A stretch of 64,000 nucleotides of DNA from Catajapyx aquilonaris (lineage: Eukaryota): positions 1 through 64,000 of the forward strand of contig KZ538342.1 in assembly GCA_000934665.2 (NCBI GenBank), read 5' to 3'. The notes under the pieces were generated by a model. That model did not search any database. It was not told the DNA's origin and saw nothing but the letters and a program-made list of their open reading frames with translations. Every line of letters starts with the position of its first letter. Position 1 is the first letter of the stretch. Positions 41,291-52,568 of the stretch are shown here, one piece after another. Both the position numbers and the translations under genes were made by a program.

Positions 41291-41343
41291 AATAAAGGTT
41301 CCGTGTGATATACCCCCACCGGGGGTAAAAGCACTTACCCAGG

Positions 41344-41417
<74 letters not shown>
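41344..41417. repeat. (ATT)n microsatellite, SINE tail
   Basis: About 24-25 perfect ATT units immediately before the 3' TSD. Confidence 0.95.
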
Positions 41418-44400
41418 GACTGACATCAGATGCTATACCAGAAGTGCTGGGTCAGAAGAGGCCATTCGTGATGTCTTATGCTCGGATCACAATTTACAGC
41501 CTGAATGCGGAAAGAGCTGCTATTCAACATACAGTATAAAACATGTAACATTGTGTTGGTTGCTATATAGAAGTACCGTAACTGTTCCAGAAGTACTGCT
41601 TAAAATAAGCAACTTATTAGCAGAAAAATTGCTAACCACGACGGACATTTCTGTTGAAACATGCTGTACACGAAATATTGTAGCCCATAAGCTACATTGA
41701 TGCAATATCAAAATTAATGTGTCACTTTAAAAAGCACTAACATCGACCCTCTCTCACATACAAGTGGAGCGAGTGCATATCAGTACCCAACAGTTTTATT
41801 GTGCTTCAATTCGGTGGACGTGCGTATATGCAGTAGTATAACACAGTGTAGCCTATACGCAGATGTAATTGCGGATCACCCATCTAATAACTAAATAGTT
41901 TAATTAACTCGGAACCTCAGGTATTATAGTGAATTGCCGGTAATGCTTACGCACAGAAACCAAGAAAGAGCTATAATGTAAGATACAACCAAAGCAATAA
42001 TAGCTTACATTTAGGTTATGTTTTGCACATGTTGCAGCTGCAAATACTCTCACAGAGTATAATATATTATTACTGTGCAATACCAACATCATTTCGTAGA
42101 AAGATTAATATTTTGGCGGACTTGGTATATAGCCTACCCTATCGTATTAACGTATAAACTATAAAGTATAGTGGGGATTCTATAAACACATGGAAAACAG
42201 AAATCTTTGTGTATTTGCTGCAAAAGTGGCCATTTGGCTATATAACATACCTCGGTTTTAACACTTTTCTTCGCGGTCCATTGAAGTCTGTTATATCCGG
42301 AGTCAACAGGATTATTCTTGCTGTGATTCTTTTGAAATATGTGCAGGCTTACTCAAATTTCTGTACTTAATTTGAACCATGATCCTTCCATTTCATATCA
42401 CCTTGCGTTGCGTTGGGTTGAATCAAAGTAGATGTAATTATCTAGCAGTCTAGAGAAAATATTTTAGGGTAAGGGTTTCGCCTGAAATATACATTGCGGT
42501 TCATGTATAGACCTATTGATATACTATATAGTGAACGCCATGCCCACGAGTGAGTCTTCATGATTGAGTCACATTATATTCTATATTGATTGCGGGGTCC
42601 ATACATTATAGTCAGCTTTCATATCCGACTTCTTTCAATTTTTTTCGCGCATAAAAACCGCCTCACTTAGCAACCCCCTTCCGCCAAGCCATAAAACCAA
42701 CCTAGTTGGTGCACGTTGCATCGCCTTTTTATAACAACGCAGATGTTGCGAACTCTAATCCCTCTGCCATAGGGTGCCCACCCCCATCCCCTCTCCAAAT
42801 TCCCAATATAGTCATTTTCTTTCGGACAATACACCAATCAGGCCGCATCCGGCTGGAGGTTGAGAGCAAGCTAATGATAGGCCAATAGAACCCTCTTAGA
42901 TATTGGCTCGGCAGCAGAGTCGATAAAAGGATGGGTTATGATGACAATGTTCCGGTAATAGCCGCCCCCAAATTGAGTTATTTGGAGCAATGGCGGCCTC
43001 TTTTGGACGGGAGTTATGAAGTCATCTTATGACTGCGTGCTGCCACCTGATGCCTCCTCTTTTCATTAAGCAAATTGGGACTGACCGCTCATGAGAAGTG
43101 GTCTTGCACAGTGCTAATTGCATTCATAAGTTGCGGGTATTCCCCCAACCCCGACATCGTCACGCCACCGGTGCAGGTCTCTTTATGACTGAGCACTTCA
43201 TCGGAACATGTCTATGTAATTGTCGGACTTTTTGCACGTACGGGGCACTTTAGAAAATGAGCCGGACTTCAATCCATTAGGATTTTAAGCCTGTTATTAC
43301 TGTTCCGTTTATATCGGACCCACGCAATATTGCAGCGTGATGATTAATAAGCTGGTCTCATGGTTTTTTTTGAATCATGTTTCGCCATTTTCTTTACTTC
43401 ATCCTTGGCTGGCTTGGCCCAGCTTCGCACTTCCCTCTCCGGATTAGATGGCGCGGAGCTCCGGAAAGAAGGCAACGATCTGCTCCGGAGTAATGGAAAA
43501 TATCGATTCCGGGCAGAGCCGGTGTAAATCTGTAAAACGACTGGGAGAAGAGGGAAATTGAAAGGCGCGGCGCCGTGAGTTACGGCGACTCCGCCCCGAA
43601 CTTCTTCGACTGGGTTAGTTGCGAGTGATGGAGAGGCTGGGCGCCATGGACCAGGGAAATGAGATAGGAAGGAAGGAAAAGGGAGAGAGGGTTTATATGC
43701 CGGGCCTTAGAGAGAGGAAACTGCGAGGGCACACAACCAGAGAGGATTCGCTCCTTCTTTGTTATTCAAGGGATGCCACCCCGGTGAGAGTGCAGGCTAT
43801 AGAGTGGGAAGGCGGCCATTTGCAAAAGCGACCATGTTTGTGTTAGGAGGGAAAGTGAGTTTTTTTTTCCTTTGGTGGGATGAACACAGAGGGAGAGTTT
43901 ATGGGATGATTTTTTATGCAGATAGATGGCGCTGGGGTGGCTGGGTAGTGCGGGGGGATGAGTGCAGATGGCTCGACGTGCAGCGGAAGTTGCGGCTGTA
44001 ACCAATCATAAAGGGGATTAAATTACAAGGCCATAGTACATTCTGAATGTAGAATACAAAAATAATAATTCTGTAAATTAATCAATAGGTAATAGTCTAT
44101 AAGAAGTCAACAAATTGTTAAAAATTATCTTTACCTGATATAACTTACTGTATATCCGGATGTATTTACGGATGTGGAGTTAACTTGCATCTCCCTTCAT
44201 CGCTGACTACCCCTTATAGAGAAATGTCGCGATGGTTTTGTTGTATTTGTTGTTGTTGTACGAGACTCGTATAATTATATAACTAGCAACAGTTTTCGTA
44301 AAAAAAATATACAGTCGCTCCAATCTACACTTTGACTTATGACATAACACTATAGTTAACAACTTAACATTCCCTGCAAGTTTCAGTGTGACTAGAATGC

Positions 44401-46962
44401 GAAAGTGGTGCATCCTAGCGAGCGTAACGGATTCTTTGAGTGTCTTTCACTCCTCGCCCTTTCTGATTCCGTACGTACATTTTCATATCTAAGGATATAG
44501 GTTATGGTCTGATTGGGAGTGGTTTCCTTGGCGTTCACCTTCCGTATCTTCCCATCAAAACTAGTGTTTATCAGCCTGCAGTTATACACAAGAGCCGTCA
44601 TATTTTAGGGGCAAAATATCGATTATTTTCACTTTATCACTTGCATGTAACACCTCGGTGGATCTCTTGGCTCCCTCTGGAGCAAACTCGCGAGCTTTCC
44701 GCCTCTCTGGCTAACCCCTCAAGGAGTTCCGGGGCTTAATTTATGGACCACCTCTCGGGAAGCTTGTTTGGAAAGTCGAAGCTGATACCAACTTTCGCGC
44801 GGAAAAAGACTGAATATTTGGAAGCATCTTGCACTTTTTTTTAAACCCGTGAAGAAGCGAAACTTTTGCTGACAGCCTCAGACGTTGTTGATAATTTGTA
44901 AGAATTTTTGCAAAATTTCATGTTTCGTTATACTCTTATAGGCAAAAGGGCAGTCAGGTCACACAAGGCCGTATGATATTGGGCTGAACTCTGCGTGGTC
45001 TCATAAAGGAGATAAAAAGGAGGCAGGAGCGTGAAGGATCATTTCACGGCGAGCACCAGATAGCGCAGTTGTGCAAGAGGGAGTAGGGGGGGAAGGGATG
45101 ATAGGGGTGGAGTTGGCCGCTCCAGCACGATTCCTCTCTGGAGAGACCTTAAAATGGAAATCACCTTTTTAGATGCACGATAATTCGGCAACACGTCCCC
45201 ACTTTGTTTCGCGAAATATTGATAATATGCTAACATATGCATATGTCCCCATCTCGCCAACTCCGTTTTCCGGCGAACTCGGAGGACTGATAACCTAACG
45301 GTGAAAACAGTTCCGTTGTCCGCCAGGTTTTCAGCAAATCTCCTGAAGCAACTGTGCATTCTGCTGTTGTGTAAAACCTCGGTTATAACAACATCCATCC
45401 GATTATTTGCCCTCCAAAAATATATTTTTTGATCATTCCTCCTAATTTTTTTCATCCTTAGTTGATGCCAACCGTTTTATTTCCATGGTGCATATTTCAC
45501 AGCCATGCAGAAGCATAAACACCGCGCTTCACAAGGCTCACTTTTACGACCTCGTTTCAACCGCGACCTTATCTGGAGCCCTCCCCAAGAATTTGCGAGG
45601 GGAGGGAAGACAGTAGCGAGCCCGAGGAGATAAGCTTAAATTGACAAATTATACCAGGGCTCTGGTGTTTTACGTTGGCTACCCTGGACGATAAAGACGG
45701 AACGGTTGACGCCATCATGTTAGACTCCGAAAAGACTCTTCCCCTCCGGCCCTTTCCATTATGGCCGCATATAAAGGTTAATTCTCTCCCCGCGATATAG
45801 TAGTTTATCAGGGAAATTTATATGGTCATTTACTCTCTCCTCTCCCCAAAGTTGCGAAAAGACCCAATTATGATAAGGGCCCCTCCTACTCCGTTTTCAG
45901 GTAAAGTTGAGAGGGGGGGCAGTCCGTCTCCCCAGAGGCTATGTTGAGAGCTGGTGTAGAAATAAGGGAGTATTGCATCGGGTTGCGGAAACCCAGCCCT
46001 TAGAATGGACGCTTTTTGTTACCCTCGCTCGCTCGACGAATGCTTATTGCATTGCGGAAAAGAGAAGCCCGCGAGGAAAAAAAAAATGAGAAGAAAAAGC
46101 GCATATCCTTATCTGCAATGCGTTGGCAATTTTTGGGGTGGAAAAAATGGCGTCTGCTTGGAAAAAGAGTTACAAATATTACAAATGTTGCATGCGTTCT
46201 ATTGTTGGGATTGTACAGTTTGATATGATCGGTTTGCGTGAGGGGTTTCGGTTGACACCAAAGTCGTGTTTGAAGTAAATGGTCCACGTGAGGCTGTTTC
46301 CGCCTGATTGTGATTATGTAAGGGACGGATGTGAAGCGGTGTAACCTTAATTGTTGGGTTCGGCACTAGAGAGATGGCCATGAAAATAGGAGGGGGGGCA
46401 TGGGAAATTAGGTGCTGATTTATGTGGCAGATATGCTCGGTGTTTGCAGCGGTTTTCGGGGAGTGTGGCCTCGAGAGAGTTGGGTTTTTAGAGGGGTGAT
46501 GAGCAGGTACCGATTGGAAAATTGAAGATTGATGCTGTGATTGGATGTTGTCAATGAAAATGCTGGATTTTGCACGTTTCAATGTGGGATCCACACTGTG
46601 TTTGAAGGCAATATTGCAATACCTGGGTGACACATAAAAATGTCATTGTTACTTTAATAATTCAACAACATATTAGAGTGCTATACTATAGTGCAGAGCA
46701 ATTGTAACACACCATTGGAATAAAAATCGTTTTTTTAAACAACCATGAGGTGTCTTGTCGATAAGGACTGTCTTATATTGAACAAAAAAGCAATCTATCA
46801 GGAAGATTCTGTGAAGTAGAACACCATACATTAAGTTAATAGATCAGCTAAGATTGATGTGCCTCCTTACACTTTCCTGCTGGCTGACCATATATACTTC
46901 TGTCTCACTTGACATATGCGAATACCCTAATGAACTCTGCTGTGAACAGTGAGTTTCTGGCC

Positions 46963-47030
46963 ACTTTGTTGCAGTAACACTCGAAATAGTTACAAATGGC
47001 CCCCTATTTCGAGTGTTACTGCAACAAAGT
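46963..47030. repeat. Perfect inverted repeat, 27-bp arms, 14-nt loop
   Basis: ACTTTGTTGCAGTAACACTCGAAATAG / CTATTTCGAGTGTTACTGCAACAAAGT. Confidence 0.9.
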
Positions 47031-48470
47031 TGTCTTAGGCATTTCCTTAGCTACCGTGAGCTGCCCATCACTAAGTGGCTGACCCATCCGAAATCCCGAT
47101 GTCCATTCAGCCCATTGTATTAGTCCAGATATCACGCGGCGTCATCTAAAATGACACGCTTGGCGATTCCTCGACCTGTTAATGGATTCTCGTAGAAGAA
47201 GCGACAGACAGGCCTTTTGTAGGCTACCCACCTGGGAGGTCTGATTGGTATTCAGGCAGCACTTGCTGGTGTCACTCAAAAAAGAGTTGTGCATTTCAAC
47301 ATCAGACTTCTGTAAGAAAGTGGGAAGGGCTTCTTCCCTTTAGTCGATAGGCCGCCTTTTACCTCCTTATTAATCAAGTATAGCTTCGGGCCTAAAAGTA
47401 GGGTCAAGCCAGTGATTTATCACGGAAGAGTCAGGAAGGGACAAGTTGAAGTGATGTGACTCGCCAACTTTTGATGAAATTAGTGTCAGTTATTCGGCGC
47501 TGGGGCTTCTGGGAAACTCTTGCTAATCACGGCAGCACTGCTACTTCTGATGGAACAAGCCCCAGAGCCATTTGACAGCCCTTCCTTCCCAAGGTGTCTT
47601 CCGATTAAGACGATGGAATTTTGAATCAGGACACCCTCGGGCGGGCTTGGAGTCTAACTCAGAAATTCAGACAGAAGGCAAACTTCTGAATCTATTTTTT
47701 TTTCAAACCCGCCAACTTACTCTGGGGGGATGCTGCTGCTTGGAGAGAAATTAACTAGTGACGTACTGCTCTAATATTAATATCGTTTCAGGGATTTTCG
47801 TATAAAAAGAGTTGAATTTTGAGAAAATGTGTGTCAAAAAGCGGGAGGCAGGTGTCATTCGGGGCTGTAGAAAGGTAGAAGTCTGTCATTTGTCCACGTG
47901 GGGCATTCCGATCGTGCTGAAGATGCTGGCGGGAGTCCAATTAGATCGTGCCCTGGGGTCACAGGCAAAGGGCGCGGGAAAGGTCAGCTGGGAAAGGCTT
48001 TGACGCGCCAAATTCAATTCCTACGCAACTTGAGATTCGTGTCTTTCTACAGGGTGAGCAGGGGAAGTCTAGAATGCTTGAGTAAAATTCAACTGGAAGT
48101 ATGATAGCGATTTTTAGACTTAGATCGGAAATCATGAGTGGAAATCACTCAGATAGGCAGAGTGAAATGACGATTGGGCAAATCACGACTCAAATTGAGC
48201 CGAAACCAAAAATTGGATATACACTATAGTTTCCATTATTGTGCCAAAAGCGCTTTTGAACTCACAATGCCGAAAGCTGTTTTAAATGGCTTATTTTTTG
48301 AACCAAATTTCATTTTCATTTTGTGGTACCAGTAGTCTGTTTTATGTCCGAAATTTTAGAATTGTCTCAAATTTTGGGCCATGCAGTGGGAACAGGCCTT
48401 TACACCCTATTTTGTTTGAGTGGTTTATAGTTGATTCATTTAAAATGGCACGCACTCACTCAATTAGTAA

Positions 48471-48597
48471 TGCCTGGTTGCACCAACAAAATTACCGGTC
48501 CGATAGCTCCTAATGGACAGATAGGTAGACCTTTTAACATGTGCCATCGGTCCGTTAGGAGCTATGGGACCGGTAATTTTGTTGGTGCAACCAGGCA
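48471..48597. mobile_element. PIF/Harbinger (Tourist-like) MITE, 127 bp
   Basis: TAA|TGCCTGGTTGCACCAACAAAATTACCGGTCC...GGACCGGTAATTTTGTTGGTGCAACCAGGCA|TAA. 52-bp arms with 3 mismatches and a TAA 3-bp TSD. Confidence 0.85.
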
Positions 48598-50120
48598 TAA
48601 GAATATTTTCTCAATTATACTTGTTACAAGTTTGTAAGCAGATTTCCTTTCAATTTGTATAAAATATTTTACTAAAACCGACAGACTCTGAGATTTAACC
48701 ATTTCATTTTTGAGTTTTAAAACAAATATTATCCCATGATGGCAATGGCAAATGGAGGTAGCCTTCTGCTATACTTTAGGTTTAAACATACATCTGATAG
48801 TAGTTAGGTCAGGTCCAGCCACTATTATCCATTCAAATTCATATTTCTCCCTATGACTACCCCTCGTTCCTCCTCCCCCCATATGCGTGGTCACGCATTT
48901 TGATTCTCTCGTGCCGTGACACACAAAAAAGCCGCATGCAAAGTGTTTTCGCCGACTTGAAGCTGTTCCCCGACACGGTCCGTCAAGTGCGTCATTACAG
49001 CTCTTGTCAAGATGACGCCGCACCAAAGCGGCCAGATCATTAAATTTTCCTCGCGAAGAGGCGTGAGAACCCAGGAAGCCAATGGTAATGACTGTGGAGC
49101 ACCCCCGGAAGTTGGTGATCACACACCGGGAGTGACCTCCTCCCCTCTGACCCTGTGACGTCACGCTATATGTTGATTACAATTCGAGCTATATTTCACT
49201 CTAGATGTACAATAAATTCTAAGGGTCGCGTAATAGTCTAGGAGTGGGGGGGAGGGGGGATAGAAGGAGGCACAGTTGGGATGGTGTGCATTTTGAAAAT
49301 TTATACCAGGAGAAACCGCTGAATGCGTGTCCTGCAACATGCTTCGGGGGGGTTTCAATCGCAATTCCTCCGATTTTATGATAATTGGGTCGCAAAGGGA
49401 GCACGCGAAACCAAATCCCCTGCGAGCAACATGGGGGGGAGGCAAGACCTATTACGAATATTATCGCCTTAGGGATACAACCCACAATTCAAAAGTCGAT
49501 ATCACCCCCTACTACAACCCCCAGATCCCACAGGAGAGAGTCAAAAAAAATAAAACCTCCCCCCAAAAATTGGTCCTGAATGTGATTTAATGGAGTCAAT
49601 TCTGCGGTTGCCCACTATAAAAGATGAAGCAAACGTGCAAAGTTGCTGCCACGAACCAGTCGAAATATGCAAAAACCCGTGTAGTAATGGCCGTTCATTA
49701 TTCAAATGTCCCTTCTGGGCGTGTTGGTTAAGCAGGAGGCGTGGACACTATGAAACCCCCCTCATGTCTACAAAAAAAGAAAGGATTCAGATGGTGTATC
49801 CAGCATCCGGGAGCTGTTGCGTGCCCCTCCCCTGGCTTTTGGGAAGGAAAGGACCCCCCATGAAGGTAACCAGCTTGTGCCCCTCCTTCTTGCTCTCACG
49901 GACACTCTTCGGGAGGCTGATGGCGACCAACCAGATTTCAAAAAGAAAAAAAAAAAAAAGGAGGAAAGCACCCATCTGAAGTGAATGATGGCGCCATTGT
50001 CATGCTCCACTTTACGCCGTCGCAGGAAATTGATTGTATTTATGATAACAACCTGAATATTGTAAACAGTCCAGAATGTTTATTTGTGTCATATAATAGC
50101 CGGCCAGTGATTGGGTTAAG

Positions 50121-50483
50121 GACTAGGCGCTTGAGAGTGGTCTTATAGTAGCACTGTCCTGCTGTGACTATATTAATCTTATAGGACACACAATTTGTAA
50201 ATATTGTCAACAATTTATATAAGTAGGATGGCACCAGACACGACTAGGCCAGTAGCTAGGCCTAGCTAAGGGGTGTCTAGGCCTAGCTACTCGCCTAGTA
50301 TCCGGTGTCATCCTATACTTACCTTATATAAATTGTTGACAATATTTACAAATTCTGTGTCCTATAAGATTATTAGCTCAGCTGGACAGGGCTCCTACAG
50401 GACCGCTCTAGTCAGGCCTAGTCACATCTGAGCTAGGCCTACTAGCTCAGGCGTGACTAGGCCGGACTAGAGCGGTCCAGTAG
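50121..50483. repeat. Compound fold-back (two overlapping inverted repeats)
   Basis: Arms ~50121-50266 and ~50277-50423, with a near-perfect 50-bp core (50174-50223 vs 50323-50372). A second hairpin at 50396-50483 shares the right arm. Rich in CTAG/TAGGCCTA. Confidence 0.85.
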
Positions 50484-52503
50484 TACAAGTCACCTGAATG
50501 AAATACTGCGCATCATGATAAATTGCCTTCTTGAGCGTGCATTTTACACACTGCGCTTTATGCACACTTAGCTCCCATTATTCTGTACATCCTGGGTGTA
50601 CTGCATAAACGCCATTGTGATCTAGAAAAAAAAGTGTGATGTAGGAATAGGGAGGGGCTGAGCTTCAGAGCTGGTCACATGCGCCCCGGAAATGACGCAG
50701 GACAAAGTATTAATTTGGCTGTCTCTGAGGGGTCAGGATTGACAGGCGGTGGAAGTCTGGACATGCCATCCCGGTCATTACATGCACGCCAAAGCAGTTC
50801 GAAACCCCCTCTGTTACGCGGCTTACCGGGCGAAAAATGCTGCTGCCTGTTTGTTGTGTGTTTACCATTTCCTCCGCAAAATTGCTTCCACTTCCCCACC
50901 TCTATGCTTTTGTTTTTTTGTTATTTACGGTTTTTTTGTGTGTCGGGGGTTTGTGTGTGTGACACTTCGTCGTCAGGAAATGCCGCAAGATTTATTGCCA
51001 TGAAAATTAGCAGTCCAGGCCCCCCTTTTTTCGCACCCATTACAACGCATCCATTATAAGCGTGTCATAAAAATGTAGCCATGTATCCGATTTTTTAAAG
51101 AGAAATGTCACACATATCCGGTAGTAAATTTTAGGAATCAAGGTTCCAGTCGCCTCGAGCTCAAAGAAACCACATCTGTTATATCCTTTAAAAAATTTTT
51201 TTAGGCCTATAGGTGCATCTGGTGCAAAATGTGCAGGTATGCCCACATGGTGATTTATGCATTTGGCAAAAAATAGTGTGCACGCAAGTCAAAATTGCAC
51301 CCCTAGTTTTCTCAGTAATTGGATCCATTGCCACGCACTCATTAGGCTCGTGTCATTTCCAGTTAACGATGACATATATATAACTTGTTAGGTCGATCTT
51401 TTTGTCGGGGCGGAGGGAAATTGTGGTTGGGAACAGTCATTTTCGCACCGTTCCGACAAAAGGAACGCGGTCCCAACTAACAGTCTCATTTTGTGGTAGT
51501 TTAAGAGGTAGGGGGAGAACCTGAAAAAAATGACATGGATCGCATGCCACACCTTTTTGGGGAGCCCTTTATTAGTTACCGAATTTTTCACACGCTTGCC
51601 GATTATGTGAGCTGCACCCTTCGGTGCCCAATTAGAATAATTTCACAATTGTGACGAGCAGGTGGTAACGCCGCGTAACAAGGGTACACATTAGTGTCTA
51701 ACGGGTATCACTAATAGGCGATTTTCTCCTACTCAGGTCTCGGAAATATCAAAAGATGACGCTTGTAATGACCTGGTGGTTACACCCCCCTTAACCAAAA
51801 ATTGAAGGAACATTGTATTACACGTAGCCCAGTCGTGACTTCTTCGCAGTATATGTGGAACACTTAAATTTAATTATCAAAATCTTTGTCTAAGAAAATA
51901 ATTGCGACCTCACACTGTTAGCAATCTGCCGCCATGGACACTGAGCGGTACTACTAATTGCACATGTCGTCATTTACCTGGCCATAAACTACCTTCCAAT
52001 ATCCCAAGTCTTCACCTGACCACCTCGTGGCCGGCATGGAGGACAAAAAAAAATGAGAAAATAGTGCTAATCCGTCATTGTCGCTTGACTCCAGTTCCTG
52101 AACGCCTACCAGTTCTAGAGCCAGGCGTTGGCTGGATAATTACCTGCTGGAGAAAACAAAGTGCGATGCACCGCCTCTTAATCAGCGATGAACTTTCTTC
52201 CCTTTGCCGGGTGTCAAGTAGAACCCCCTGGAAAAATTGGCAGCGTGGAAATTCCCCCATCAAGTCCTGAAACTTTTGGGAGGAAGGTAAAAAAAAGGGA
52301 CTGCCCAACGAATTAGTCGGCAGGCCTGAGCGAAGAAATCTGTAATTGTTTCCTGGTGGAACCATCATGGGGGAGGGAAAACATCTGATCGAAATATATG
52401 TTCCTTTTTTTTGTGTGTGATGATTGCGTCTAATAGCGGCTACGATCCGCAACGCCATCTGTACTACAATAATGCCGAAATATCACTCCGCCTAGGGGTG
52501 TAA

Positions 52504-52568
52504 AGGCCATTTCACAAAAAACATGTCGCGCGGCAAACGGCGCGACTTNTTTTTTTGTGAAATGGCCT
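52504..52568. mobile_element. Miniature PIF/Harbinger-type MITE, 65 bp
   Basis: TAA|AGGCCATTTCACAAAAAA...TTTTTTGTGAAATGGCCT|TAA, with inner GTCGCGC/GCGCGAC pairing and a TAA TSD. Confidence 0.75.

Larger units (their letters stand above)
39977..41421 (+). mobile_element. tRNA-derived SINE (~410 bp), interrupted by a TIR element
   Basis: A-box-like TGGTGCTGCGG (39990-40000), B-box GGTTCGATCC (40041-40050) and a 3' (ATT)n tail (41344-41417). Flanked by a 12-bp target-site duplication GACATCAGATGC (39965-39976 and 41422-41433). Confidence 0.85.

Noticed and set aside
41241..41423. Poly-Tyr ORF (and the ER-repeat ORFs at 26807-27154)
   Set aside because: Translations of the (ATT)n and (GA)n microsatellites.
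42238..42310. Tigger-like right end (GGTCCATTGAAGTCTGTTATATCCGGAGTCAACAG)
   Set aside because: Probably a degraded MITE fragment, but no partner TIR was found, so boundaries cannot be supported.
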